DNA of 64,000 nucleotides from an uncultured Bacilli bacterium (lineage in GTDB: Bacteria > Bacillota_I > Bacilli_A > RF39 > UBA660), in the NCBI GenBank assembly GCA_944332435.1, contig CALVJW010000002.1, positions 8,353 through 72,352 of the forward strand, in the 5' to 3' direction. Positions 9,848 through 20,373 of the stretch are shown piece after piece. Each line of letters begins with the position of its first letter. Within the stretch, counting starts at the first letter, position 1. The notes below the pieces were generated by a model. That model did not search any database. It was given only the letters and a program-made list of their open reading frames with translations, and was not told where the DNA came from. The position numbers and the translations under genes were made by a program.

Positions 9848-11869
9848 TTAATAAATCCATCCACCAAAAATTGCATCAGGATATAACTTGCACATATCTT
9901 CCCACTGCACAATAAAATTATCGGCAATCGGATAAACCAAACGCCCAGCCAATGTACGTGTTGTTCTATTAGCAAAAGTTTCAATAAACACTATTCTACT
10001 ACCAAAAAATTTACCAATATAACACATTGGAACTGCTGTATGTGTTCCTGTTGTAACAATATAATCTGGTTGATAAATTATAAAGTAATAAAAACTTTTT
10101 ATGATGTTTGCACTAAATTTAAACAAATAAGAAAATAAATGATCTTTTGTTCCAAAAATTAAATAATGAACTCGATTGTGATAAGTATTTTTTAAGCCAA
10201 TCGTAGAATCTGTTTTCTCAGTAATTAATTGATAATCATATTTAGAAAACATTGGCTGTAATTGTAATAGTTCTGATAAATGACCACCAGTACTAGAAAT
10301 AAACATTACCTTATCATCTAATTCTTCTTCCGTTTCTTTAATATGTAATAAATTAATCGCCATTACAAATCCCAAAATAAGAAGCGGGAAATTTCTTTCT
10401 AATACATGACCTGAGTAATATCCAATAAATAATCCTAATACAGGTGCCATCGCATACACTGCTGTTTTAATGATAAAATAACTTTTAAAATTCTTTAGTA
10501 CTTTATAAGCAAGATAACCAAGTAAAACAAAATATGGTCCAATAAATAAGATAACTCCAATAATTCCGTATAGATAATATTGATAACTATAATCAGATTC
10601 TGTATAAATAAAATTTAAAGTATTCCCCAAACCAAGATAACGATCTAGTTGGTTATGATTATTTTTATAAATATCTTTTAATACAGATTTCTTTAAAACA
10701 CGATAATCATTATTTGCGTGACTCTTTAAATATTGACACCAAAAACCACTATGATTTAAATCATTATAATTAGTAACTATGTAATCATCAATTCCAAAAT
10801 ATCCAGAATAATCTTTCATAAAATTTTTAATTACTTTATTTTCTTTGTTATTTAAACTAGAACAATTCATCTTATCAATTTCATCAACAACTTTACTTAC
10901 TTTTTCATATTCCATAGGATCTGTAAAACTATCTTTTAAGTTTCCTAACATACTACCAGATTTAGGTACTGTCACTTTTTTTGACATATACCCAATTGGA
11001 GAAAAAGGAAATAAAAAATAAAAAACTAATCCAATTACTAAAATTGGTTTTAAACTCGTTAATTTATATTTTAATAAATAAAAGAATAACCAAATGATAA
11101 TAAACGTTAAAAAAATTAACATCACACCTAGATTAGCTGTTTTTGTTCCCAACATAAACATAGAAAGTGATTGCATTACCAATAATAAATAATCAAATGG
11201 ACTACGCTTTTTATATGCAAGATAAAGGGTAATAGGTAATGTCATAAATAAAATTGCTGACATTTGATTTCCAGATAAAAACCATCCTTTTGTCGTTAAC
11301 TTATAATAACTATAAGCATCTGTGTTTTTAAAACTAAACCAATCAAAGAAAGAATATAAATTGTTAGTTACTGTTTCAGAGTAATTTACATGAGCAACTT
11401 TAAGTAAATTGGTAATAATCATAACAAAACAAACGATAAATAAAAATGTTTGAAGGATACGAACGCAAGTCTTTTGTTTTATTCCACTATAATAAACGTT
11501 AAAAATTAACATAAGTGGCAAAATAAATAATTTTCCAAGATAATATGTTTCAATAATTAAACTTGGTTTTTGTTTTGAATATGCATCTAAATTAAATAAA
11601 GTTGTATTATAGTAATGTAAAATAAAATAAATACCAAGTAATATAATATATGGAATATATTTGATGAATTTTTTCTTATCATCGTATAAATAAATAGTTA
11701 AAATAGTAGAAAAGCCAATTAAAATAACATTAATCATTTCAAACAATGAAAAGCCAAATACTTGAACATCTCTTACAATACAAGCTTGAATTATATTGAT
11801 AAATGGCTGAACTAAAATTAATAATACAATTAAGTATTTGTTTATTTCTCGTAGTTTTTCTTTTGTCAT
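9848..11869 (-). CDS. large polytopic membrane domain (Wzy/O-antigen-ligase-like?) fused to a C-terminal Alg14-like domain (Cps14F/EpsE-like)
   Basis: About 500 aa of TM helices, then a C-terminal segment MFISSTGGHLSEL...IVTTGTHTAVP...FIETFAN characteristic of Alg14/PssD. Confidence 0.6.
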   Translation of the reverse strand: MTKEKLREINKYLIVLLILVQPFINIIQACIVRDVQVFGFSLFEMINVILIGFSTILTIYLYDDKKKFIKYIPYIILLGIYFILHYYNTTLFNLDAYSKQKPSLIIETYYLGKLFILPLMLIFNVYYSGIKQKTCVRILQTFLFIVCFVMIITNLLKVAHVNYSETVTNNLYSFFDWFSFKNTDAYSYYKLTTKGWFLSGNQMSAILFMTLPITLYLAYKKRSPFDYLLLVMQSLSMFMLGTKTANLGVMLIFLTFIIIWLFFYLLKYKLTSLKPILVIGLVFYFLFPFSPIGYMSKKVTVPKSGSMLGNLKDSFTDPMEYEKVSKVVDEIDKMNCSSLNNKENKVIKNFMKDYSGYFGIDDYIVTNYNDLNHSGFWCQYLKSHANNDYRVLKKSVLKDIYKNNHNQLDRYLGLGNTLNFIYTESDYSYQYYLYGIIGVILFIGPYFVLLGYLAYKVLKNFKSYFIIKTAVYAMAPVLGLFIGYYSGHVLERNFPLLILGFVMAINLLHIKETEEELDDKVMFISSTGGHLSELLQLQPMFSKYDYQLITEKTDSTIGLKNTYHNRVHYLIFGTKDHLFSYLFKFSANIIKSFYYFIIYQPDYIVTTGTHTAVPMCYIGKFFGSRIVFIETFANRTTRTLAGRLVYPIADNFIVQWEDMCKLYPDAIFGGWIY

Positions 11870-11879
11870 AATTCACCTC

Positions 11880-12839
11880 TTACCTCTTATGAGATTTAAA
11901 ATAATATATATTAGCTATAAAAGAATTAAACATAATTAAATAAATTCCTTTAATACTTTTATAGAAATATTTATTTTTTCGATAATGTGGAAATTTTTCC
12001 TTAACATTCTTTCTTGCTTCGTTCACCGCTTTTTGAAACATTTCTTTATCATATTTTGTTGCTGTTTTAATAAACGTTGCATAGAGATATCTCACATAAC
12101 AATATTCTAATATAGACTGATATTCAAAATATAAATCTTTTTTCTTATAATCTTCAATAATTCCATTCCAATTTTCAATATAATTAAAAATTCTGTCATC
12201 TTTAGTGTTTGTAATACTACCACTTCTTTGAACATATTGATAATATGGTTCTTTTATTACTCCAATAGAATGAATATTCGGTAATAATCGATATAAAAAT
12301 TCCACATCTTCAAACCATACCTTTTTCTTAAATTCAATATTTTCAAACAATGATTTTTTGTAAATTTTATTCCATGCTGAAGGATAAATTGTAAGCATAT
12401 TTTCTTTTACTTCTTGCTTTGTAAATAAATCATGTTCAATATTAGAATATCCCCTTTTTAATTTATCTGAATATACTTCATTAAAATCACATACAACAAG
12501 ATCAAATCCTTCTTTTATTTTATTTAGCATTGAGTCATACATTTCTGGTAAAACAAAATCATCACTGTCGACAAAAGCAATATAATCCCCTTTTGCTTTT
12601 TTGATTCCATAATTACGTGCATCACTAAGTCCACCATTTTCTTTTGTAAAACTTTTTATAAAAGAATATTTTTTACTAAATTTATCAATAATTTTTTGAC
12701 TATTATCTGGGCTCCCATCATTAATTACCAATATTTCTATTTTTTTTGGATCAATCGTTTGATTTGCCAAACTAGTTAAACATTTTTCTAAATATTTTTC
12801 AACATTATAAACAGGAACGATAATACTTAATTCCGGCAT
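11880..12839 (-). CDS. GT2 family glycosyltransferase
   Basis: LSIIVPVYNVEKYL...INDGSPDNS...DSDD motifs. Confidence 0.8.
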   Translation of the reverse strand: MPELSIIVPVYNVEKYLEKCLTSLANQTIDPKKIEILVINDGSPDNSQKIIDKFSKKYSFIKSFTKENGGLSDARNYGIKKAKGDYIAFVDSDDFVLPEMYDSMLNKIKEGFDLVVCDFNEVYSDKLKRGYSNIEHDLFTKQEVKENMLTIYPSAWNKIYKKSLFENIEFKKKVWFEDVEFLYRLLPNIHSIGVIKEPYYQYVQRSGSITNTKDDRIFNYIENWNGIIEDYKKKDLYFEYQSILEYCYVRYLYATFIKTATKYDKEMFQKAVNEARKNVKEKFPHYRKNKYFYKSIKGIYLIMFNSFIANIYYFKSHKR

Positions 12840-13798
12840 TATTTACCACCTATCTTTTTCATTAATTTTAACATCATTCTAAAATCATAATAAGCACAAA
12901 AACATACTAACTTAAACTTCTTACTCTTTTTTTTGTAATATTCATTCTTCCTATAGTTTGGATACATTGCATGAAATATTTTTTTGATTTGGTTTCCCTT
13001 TTCTTTTCCCTCTGAATAATTTAAATATCGTAAAGATGCACTATAAAGTAAATGTTCAATATATAAATATTCCAATTCTTTTTGATATTTTTTTCCACTA
13101 CGATAAGTAAATTCTTCTGTTAAACTCTCCAAAACAACAAAAATATCATCTAATTTTGGGTTATATTTTACTTGTTTCATCGTAGAATTTTCATGAATCA
13201 CATAATAGTAATATGCATGTTCTAAATAAGCAATTTTAGATGCATAAATTGCTAGCAATGGAATTGTTGCTAAATCTTCATAGTAAACACCCTCCTTAAA
13301 AAAGAGATTATTTTTAGTAAACAATTCTTTTTTAAATAATCGACCTACTGGTCCAGGGTGTGATAACATAAACGAAATATTACTATTTTTTGAAAAATTA
13401 TGATACTGTTTAAAATATTCAGTATAGTTATCGTATACTTTCCATAAATCACTGATTACAATATCATAATCATCCTCTTCCAATTTATTTGCTAAATCAA
13501 TAAGAAAATCACTTGCAATATAATCATCACTATCGACAAATGTAAGATAAGATCCTTTAGCATTCTTTATACCCAGATTACGAGCATGTCCTTGTCCATG
13601 ATTGGTATCATCAATCACAATTAAATTATCATATTTTTTCTGATAATCTCTTAATATTTCTAAACTATGATCTTTAGAACCATCATTAATAGCAATCACT
13701 TCATAGTTTAAATAATTTTGATTAAAAAGGCTATCCAAACATTTTTTTAAATACGGTTCAGCATTATAAACTGGAACAATAATACTAATTTTTTTCAT
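12839..13798 (-). CDS. GT2 family glycosyltransferase
   Basis: ISIIVPVYNAEPYL...INDGSKDHS...DSDD motifs. A start at MKKISI is probable. Confidence 0.8.
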   Translation of the reverse strand: MKKISIIVPVYNAEPYLKKCLDSLFNQNYLNYEVIAINDGSKDHSLEILRDYQKKYDNLIVIDDTNHGQGHARNLGIKNAKGSYLTFVDSDDYIASDFLIDLANKLEEDDYDIVISDLWKVYDNYTEYFKQYHNFSKNSNISFMLSHPGPVGRLFKKELFTKNNLFFKEGVYYEDLATIPLLAIYASKIAYLEHAYYYYVIHENSTMKQVKYNPKLDDIFVVLESLTEEFTYRSGKKYQKELEYLYIEHLLYSASLRYLNYSEGKEKGNQIKKIFHAMYPNYRKNEYYKKKSKKFKLVCFCAYYDFRMMLKLMKKIGGK

Positions 13799-14960
13799 AA
13801 TCATCACCATCAATTTGCTCAAATAATTTATGCCAATCTTTTATAATTTCATCTATATGAAACTGTTTTGAAAATTTCTTTACATTACAAGAAAGTTCTT
13901 CTAATTTATTAGAGTCACTCATGATTTTTTCTAAAATAGAAATATATTTTTCTTTTGTATTCTCACTTACAATCATTCCTGTTTTATTATCTTTTATTTC
14001 TTCATAAACAGCTTCTCCAAAAGGAAATGTAATTGTTGGTACTCCACATTCATTCGCTTCTAATATGCTAAGAGAAAAGCCTTCATATTTTGAAGTATTT
14101 AAATGCAGAGACGATGTCAACAAAACATCCTTGGGATGATTGGTAAGGCCCATGTAATGCATTCTTTCAGGGTATTTCATCTGCTTTTTCATCTTTTCTA
14201 ATTCCTGATTATCCCCATTTCCATATACTTCAAATGTCCAATCTTTAAATTTTTCTTTTCCAAAAACTTCACTTACAATTTCAGCCATGAAAGGAATTCT
14301 TTTTTCTTCAGAAATACGAGCAATTGTCACTAATTTTTTATTTTCTACAACATCTGCTTTTTCTTTTACAGTAAAACGAACTGGATTATATATATAGGTA
14401 CTGTTTTGAAATCCATATTCTTTTGCTTCTTTCATAATTGCTTTACTTAACCATAAAAACTTAAATTGATTTCTATATTTCATCAAAGTTGTAATAGTAG
14501 GCTTATGATTTTTAGTAACAGTAAAAGAGCAATGTTGATGAAAAATTGTTCGTGAGTAAAATTCTTTTGGTATACCTTTAATAATTTGATAATGTGATAC
14601 TAAAATATAATCCGGATTTAACGCTCTTAACTCTCGTTTCAGTGCATGATAATCACGGTTTAACACGATTTTTTCATGAACCACTTTTTTTAATAGAAAA
14701 CAAGTTTTTAATAAATTTCCTTTCATAAGTGTATCTTTTACATCTTGTTTTCTTGTAAACTCCCATAACTCATTTGGATTTACAGCATGAACATGTAATC
14801 TTGGATCATATTCATCAACAAGTGGTCCTGGATTATCGCGCATAGAAATAACACGTACATCCATTCCTTCTTCTAATAATTTCATGGCAATTTGTTTATT
14901 CACTTGCCATATTCCGCCAAAAGAATTCCCTTTTAGTTGTATTATCACCAATCGTTTCAT
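13785..14960 (-). CDS. GT4 (group 1) glycosyltransferase
   Basis: C-terminal EGFSLSILEANECGVPTI...GMIV motif of the GT-B GT4 family. Confidence 0.75.
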   Translation of the reverse strand: MKRLVIIQLKGNSFGGIWQVNKQIAMKLLEEGMDVRVISMRDNPGPLVDEYDPRLHVHAVNPNELWEFTRKQDVKDTLMKGNLLKTCFLLKKVVHEKIVLNRDYHALKRELRALNPDYILVSHYQIIKGIPKEFYSRTIFHQHCSFTVTKNHKPTITTLMKYRNQFKFLWLSKAIMKEAKEYGFQNSTYIYNPVRFTVKEKADVVENKKLVTIARISEEKRIPFMAEIVSEVFGKEKFKDWTFEVYGNGDNQELEKMKKQMKYPERMHYMGLTNHPKDVLLTSSLHLNTSKYEGFSLSILEANECGVPTITFPFGEAVYEEIKDNKTGMIVSENTKEKYISILEKIMSDSNKLEELSCNVKKFSKQFHIDEIIKDWHKLFEQIDGDDYEKN

Positions 14961-14966
14961 AAAATC

Positions 14967-15773
14967 CTACTTTCTATATAAATCATAGTGGTGATGTGTT
15001 ACTTGCTTTTCCTTAGGTGGCAATTTCATATAATCACCATATAATCCAGTTAAATATTCGTCATAACCCTTTTGACAAGGAAATTTTTCATCTTCAAAAG
15101 GTAAATAAATGGTTCCTTTATAAGAATCAGTTGAAACGATTTCAGGCAATCCATATCCATGAACAACACATCCACCCAGTTTACTATCCTCATATTCATA
15201 CTTTGTAGCTAATTTTTCAATGTGTTGAATTAAATACTTATATCCTTTTTTCTGTGACCATTGAAACCACCATTTTTTTAAAAATTTAAAATATCGCATA
15301 TTGGTGTGGAATTCTGGAACTTGATACATACTAAGCGATTTACGATAAAACATAATTTTACTAAAATGCAATTTCCCAATGAATTTATTACTTGGAAAAC
15401 CATCTATTGGAAAAATATCAATATAAACACCCATTGAATATGGCTTAACATTATGCTCTATTAAAACAGTAGTTGTATCTACAATCTTCATAAATGGATA
15501 ATAATAACCTTCTGTGATGTCATATGATAATAATTGAATTCCTTTTTTCTCATGATTTTTCATATATTCTTTTAATTTTTCATAATCTCTTCTTTTCATA
15601 ATAAGATCAATATCATCATCCCATGGAATAAATCCTTGATGGCGAACTGCTCCAAGTAATGTTCCACCAGCTAAATAATACTGTACGTTTGCTTCTTTAC
15701 AAATTTTATCAATTTTTTTTAACAATTCTAATTCAATTTGTTTCATTTCCTCTAGAGAAATTTTTTGTTTCAT
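14967..15773 (-). CDS. LicD-family phosphotransferase (phosphocholine / ribitol-phosphate transferase family)
   Basis: GGTLLGAVRHQGFIPWDDDIDL motif. Confidence 0.8.
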   Translation of the reverse strand: MKQKISLEEMKQIELELLKKIDKICKEANVQYYLAGGTLLGAVRHQGFIPWDDDIDLIMKRRDYEKLKEYMKNHEKKGIQLLSYDITEGYYYPFMKIVDTTTVLIEHNVKPYSMGVYIDIFPIDGFPSNKFIGKLHFSKIMFYRKSLSMYQVPEFHTNMRYFKFLKKWWFQWSQKKGYKYLIQHIEKLATKYEYEDSKLGGCVVHGYGLPEIVSTDSYKGTIYLPFEDEKFPCQKGYDEYLTGLYGDYMKLPPKEKQVTHHHYDLYRK

Positions 15774-15776
15774 AAT

Positions 15777-17273
15777 TTACCTCCTAATTAGACCTTTCTT
15801 AACACGATTCATAAACGTAGTTTCACCTAATACATAATAAATTCCATAAATAATGGCCGTATTGATTGCGAAATATCCACCATATACTAAAAACCACATA
15901 AAAATATTCGTTATAGTTGTAAATGAAACTAAAAAATATCCAATTACTAAATCAACTATATAAATTAAAATAAATCTCATATTACCAATAAAATATGGCC
16001 ATGGAGAACGTTCAAAAATATTACGGTAAACAATAATTGTTTTCATAATATATTCTGAAATAAAGACAGACATCACAGTTGCTATTAATACACCAGGAAT
16101 TCCAATAAAATGAACTAACAATAAAGATAAAGTTAAATTGGTAATCGTATCAACTAGTGCACATATTTTCGTTTCTTTAAATAATCCTCTTGCAGTCACA
16201 AATGTCGTAGTTGCCGTTTTTACAATGAACAGACATAAAATCCCAACAAAAGAAAGTGCAATCCAATGATTAGTAGAAATATTTCCTTCATACCAAATAT
16301 CAATAAAAGAATCGATTGCTAAAGTAAGCGGAACACAAATAACTGTCATAAGTAAAAATAGCATTGAATTCAATTCTTTAAAAACTTGATAAGCTTCCTT
16401 GCTTCCCTTTGCGAGTAAATTACCGATAATTGCTAGCATAGAACTAGAGATTTTTCCTAAAATAGTTTTTAGCATATTAATAATATAATTATAGGTAGAA
16501 TAAATAGATACTGAAATTAATCCTAAAAATTTAGAAATGATTAATACGTCAATATTAGAGCCAATTAATCCATTAATCTTATGAAAAATCAAATGTTTTA
16601 CTTGAGAAGTAAATACATAACTTTTCTCTTTTCCACGATATTTATAATCAGGATATAATTTCTTACAAGCAATTACAATTACAATATTTGATAACAATTT
16701 GATAACACTATGCATAAATAAAATAATAAAGAAATCTACTCTACATAGCAATAAAATAATTTCTAAAATAGTTTGAACAATTTGCCCAATTTGCAATGCC
16801 AAATTGCAAATATATTTTTTCTCTTTTACTTCTAATAAACACTGATATGGTACAAAAAAGTATGTAACAACATTACTAAGTGAAAATAACATAAAAGTCA
16901 TAATAATATAAAAATAAGAAAATGTTGTCTCTTTTATAAAAAATGGTACAATAAATGATACTAAGAACGCAATTGCAAATACCGCAATTCCTATTAAAGA
17001 GAAAATCCTTAAAGCTCCAGCTAAAATATGATTCATTTCTTCTTCATCGTGATCTGTATTTGGTTTATATAATGCATATAAAACAGCACTACTTAGTCCA
17101 CCATCAACCAAAGCAACATAAACCATAATTTGGGTAAATAATTGATATAAACCTAATGTTTCATTTCCTAATATTTGAATAAATAATTTTAATTTAAATA
17201 TTCCTAGCACAGAAATAATTATTAATGGAATTACATCAGTTAGTAAATTCCACATAATCTTTTTTATTTTCAT
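15777..17273 (-). CDS. polysaccharide flippase (Wzx / MOP superfamily)
   Basis: 498 aa, about 12-14 TM segments, architecture typical of Wzx/PST exporters. Confidence 0.6.
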   Translation of the reverse strand: MKIKKIMWNLLTDVIPLIIISVLGIFKLKLFIQILGNETLGLYQLFTQIMVYVALVDGGLSSAVLYALYKPNTDHDEEEMNHILAGALRIFSLIGIAVFAIAFLVSFIVPFFIKETTFSYFYIIMTFMLFSLSNVVTYFFVPYQCLLEVKEKKYICNLALQIGQIVQTILEIILLLCRVDFFIILFMHSVIKLLSNIVIVIACKKLYPDYKYRGKEKSYVFTSQVKHLIFHKINGLIGSNIDVLIISKFLGLISVSIYSTYNYIINMLKTILGKISSSMLAIIGNLLAKGSKEAYQVFKELNSMLFLLMTVICVPLTLAIDSFIDIWYEGNISTNHWIALSFVGILCLFIVKTATTTFVTARGLFKETKICALVDTITNLTLSLLLVHFIGIPGVLIATVMSVFISEYIMKTIIVYRNIFERSPWPYFIGNMRFILIYIVDLVIGYFLVSFTTITNIFMWFLVYGGYFAINTAIIYGIYYVLGETTFMNRVKKGLIRR

Positions 17274-17282
17274 AACACCATC

Positions 17283-18116
17283 CTATCTATTTTTTTGAGT
17301 ATCGAATACAATTTCCAATGTCTGATGATTGATACGATCTTCTTCCTTAGGTAGTTTCATATAATCACCATATAACTGTTTTAAATACTTATCGTAATTA
17401 TTTGGACACTTATAAAGCTTATCAGCAAATTTCATCTCTACAAGTGGAAAAAAATCACTTCTTAAATGATTATCATCTGGATAAATTGCTCTTGTAGCAA
17501 ACGTATTAATATAACTACTATTATCATCATGATTAAGACTCATTAAATATTTTTTCAAAGAATGTAATCTTTTATAAGATAAAAAATGAAAACAATATAC
17601 TAAATATTTATGATGGCATTTATTTAATGTATAAATTTTTTTCTTATATAAAAGTGCTTCTGCTATAATTTTAAGAAGACTAGCTCTTACTCTTTCACTT
17701 TTTGATTCTTTTGCATGCATATTATCAAATGGAAAAATATCAACAAAAATTCCCCTATGTATCACATCAATTCCATCTAATGTTTTTTCTAAAAATAAGG
17801 TATTATTTTTTCTGACTTTAGAAAATGGTAACCAATATTTAGAATCAGTAGTATCTGTATGAAGAAAATATTTTTCACCTAACTCTTTTGGTGCTACTTC
17901 TAAAAATTTATTATAGTCTTTCCTAAGCATTCCAATATCTAAATCATCATCCCATGGAATAAAACCTTGGTGACGAACAGCACCAAGCAAAGTTCCACCT
18001 ATCAAAAAATAATTCAGTCCGTATTTATCACAAATACGAATAATTTCATCTAAAATTTCTATTTGAACTGTTTGTAATTTCTTTAACGTTTTATTATCAA
18101 TTTCTGTATACATCAT
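17283..18116 (-). CDS. LicD-family phosphotransferase, paralog 2
   Basis: GGTLLGAVRHQGFIPWDDDLDI motif. Confidence 0.8.
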   Translation of the reverse strand: MMYTEIDNKTLKKLQTVQIEILDEIIRICDKYGLNYFLIGGTLLGAVRHQGFIPWDDDLDIGMLRKDYNKFLEVAPKELGEKYFLHTDTTDSKYWLPFSKVRKNNTLFLEKTLDGIDVIHRGIFVDIFPFDNMHAKESKSERVRASLLKIIAEALLYKKKIYTLNKCHHKYLVYCFHFLSYKRLHSLKKYLMSLNHDDNSSYINTFATRAIYPDDNHLRSDFFPLVEMKFADKLYKCPNNYDKYLKQLYGDYMKLPKEEDRINHQTLEIVFDTQKNR

Positions 18117-18180
18117 TCTATTCCTCCTTTTATATTATAACAATTTTTTATTTGTTTTCAAAGTATATTCGTAATTTATC

Positions 18181-18216
18181 AAATATAAAAAGGAAGATTT
18201 TTATACTCTTCCTTTC
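18181..18216 (-). terminator. rho-independent terminator after the acyltransferase gene
   Basis: AAAGGAAGA...TCTTCCTTT hairpin followed by a T-run on the minus strand. Confidence 0.55.
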
Positions 18217-18242
18217 AAGGCAAAAACTCATGTTAATCATAA

Positions 18243-19391
18243 CTATTTTAAAAAGAGAAAATGAAAACTACTTTTCCAAGCTTTACTAACATCATAATCC
18301 AATATTTTTAACACTTTATCTTCTAGTTTATTATAAATTTTTTGGATAATTTTTCTATTCATCAACCATACTCTAGTCCACTCTATGATAATACCAGTAA
18401 TAAAGATAGCTAAAATTATTAAAATACTATAAATAATAAATAAACGGCTATAGAATAAAGCATAAGTATTCACTAAGTTCTTCCATAAATAATATCGAAC
18501 AAATGGGTTATCATGAAATAAATAAACACCTAGAGTCATACCCGCTATTTTATTCAGTAATGGATATTGTTTTGTCTTTAATGTTTTAAAGTATAAAAAT
18601 AAATATACTCCTGCTAAAAAAGCTGGGATACGATTTAATGCAATATATGTTTTTACCCATTCGTTTGAAGCATGAAAAATTTCAAATCCAAACATTGAAA
18701 AAAGGATAAATATGTAACAACAAATAAAGCCATAAAAATAGTGTTTATTCACTCCCGATGATATAGACTTTTCATAATATTTTTTTATATAAGCACCAAT
18801 TAAATAAATATATATTAAATAAGTAAAATGTTCATGTTGGTTTCCCAAAGAAGAAAAGAAAAAAGTATTGATTCCAATAAATAGAATAAAAAAAGTCATA
18901 AGTAACGTTTCTAAATCTTTTCGCTTCATTTTATGTACCATCATATTTAAATATGGTGACAATACATAGACAATTACATAACCAGTTATAAACCAATATT
19001 CTCTAAAAATAATTGGAAACAAGGAATGTACTACTTCACTTAAACTAAACGTTCTTCCAATGAAAGTAAAAACAATTAATATTCCAACTGAATAAGTCCA
19101 TGTTTGAATAATTAATGACAATAATTTTTTAGTTTTATACTTAGACTCGAGCATAAAATAGCCCGTAATCATCATGAAGCAAACTACACCAATTTTTCCA
19201 CCTATTGCCAAAAAATCAACAAATAACCGAGGAAATAATGGTGTTTTTGGAAAAACTCCGTAAATTGCAAAATGATGGCCAATAATAAGAAGCATGCTGA
19301 TAATTCTAAGAATTTCTAAATTACTATCTCTTGTTTTCTTTTTTATCTGTTGCATATTATACTTCCCACTTAATAATTGTTTTAAATTCAT
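18243..19391 (-). CDS. acyltransferase family 3 membrane protein, paralog 2
   Basis: 382 aa polytopic protein with the N-terminal LRIISMLLIIGHH motif of PF01757. Confidence 0.6.
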   Translation of the reverse strand: MNLKQLLSGKYNMQQIKKKTRDSNLEILRIISMLLIIGHHFAIYGVFPKTPLFPRLFVDFLAIGGKIGVVCFMMITGYFMLESKYKTKKLLSLIIQTWTYSVGILIVFTFIGRTFSLSEVVHSLFPIIFREYWFITGYVIVYVLSPYLNMMVHKMKRKDLETLLMTFFILFIGINTFFFSSLGNQHEHFTYLIYIYLIGAYIKKYYEKSISSGVNKHYFYGFICCYIFILFSMFGFEIFHASNEWVKTYIALNRIPAFLAGVYLFLYFKTLKTKQYPLLNKIAGMTLGVYLFHDNPFVRYYLWKNLVNTYALFYSRLFIIYSILIILAIFITGIIIEWTRVWLMNRKIIQKIYNKLEDKVLKILDYDVSKAWKSSFHFLFLK

Positions 19392-20373
19392 TATTTATAT
19401 CGATATCAAAAGCTTCTGACAATTCCTTTTCATTGGTAACAGAAATCACATCAGAACATAAAATTTTAATACGTGAACATACAATTTCATCTGTTTCTAA
19501 TATTTTTTTTGCTTCTAAGAAATCATTTCGATCTGCTCGATTATTCCCAATGATAACAATCCCTTTTTCTAAAATCTTTCTAGTATTAATAGGAATCTTC
19601 TCTTCTGCAAGACCAATTAATGATATAAACCCTTGTGGTTCTATATGTTCCAAAATACCTTCAATAGAATTTACACTTTGTGTTCCACCAACACATTCAA
19701 AAGCACAATCAAATTTCATGTTTTTTGGCAACTCTTCCGTTGTATAAGTTTGATCAGCAAATGTAAAAAAAGGTAATTTTGTGCCACTTTTTCCAATCAC
19801 TGTTAAACGACAATCAGGAAAATAATATTTAATTAAAACGGCTATTGCATAACCTATATTTCCATCTCCCCAAATTGCAATATCAGAAAAAGAGTCTTTA
19901 TATTTTCTTAAGGTTTGAATAGCATTAATTCCAATTGTCATAATTTCACTAAATACAGCTACTTTTTCGTCAATATGTTCAAATGGTACCAATCGTTCTC
20001 GATCAATAAAAACATAATCTCTTGTAAATCCTTCTGCCGTACTGGAACTAAATCGATTTTGCGGTAAGTAATTTGCTTTTATACAAGATTTTTTTCCTTT
20101 TTCAATTAACGGAATCAATACTACTTGCGTTCCCTTTTTTAGTTTTCCCATAGGATCATAAACAACACTACCAATTGCTTCATGAATTAAACATAGTGGC
20201 AATCGTTCTTTTAACACTTTTTCTTCTTTTTTTCCATAAAAATATTTTAAATCTGAATTACAAATAGATAAAAAAGTTGGTCTTACAATAACTTGGTTTT
20301 CCTCTAGTTCTTCTGATACAAAGTCAATATCAAATGTTCTAGGACTTTTTAAGCGATAAAATTGATTAATCAT
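19357..20373 (-). CDS. tarJ: ribitol-5-phosphate 2-dehydrogenase (TarJ-like, zinc-dependent MDR family)
   Basis: Zn-ADH fold (CNSDLKYF, GDGNIGY NAD motif). A start at MINQFYRLKSPRTF resembles TarJ and overlaps the tarI stop. Confidence 0.65.
   Translation of the reverse strand: MINQFYRLKSPRTFDIDFVSEELEENQVIVRPTFLSICNSDLKYFYGKKEEKVLKERLPLCLIHEAIGSVVYDPMGKLKKGTQVVLIPLIEKGKKSCIKANYLPQNRFSSSTAEGFTRDYVFIDRERLVPFEHIDEKVAVFSEIMTIGINAIQTLRKYKDSFSDIAIWGDGNIGYAIAVLIKYYFPDCRLTVIGKSGTKLPFFTFADQTYTTEELPKNMKFDCAFECVGGTQSVNSIEGILEHIEPQGFISLIGLAEEKIPINTRKILEKGIVIIGNNRADRNDFLEAKKILETDEIVCSRIKILCSDVISVTNEKELSEAFDIDINNEFKTIIKWEV

Noticed and set aside
12839-14960. Possible frameshifted or pseudogenised glycosyltransferases, because starts and ends overlap (13785-13822; 12839)
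   Set aside because: The overlaps are short (1-14 nt) and each ORF is full-length with intact family motifs. This is consistent with translational coupling rather than decay.
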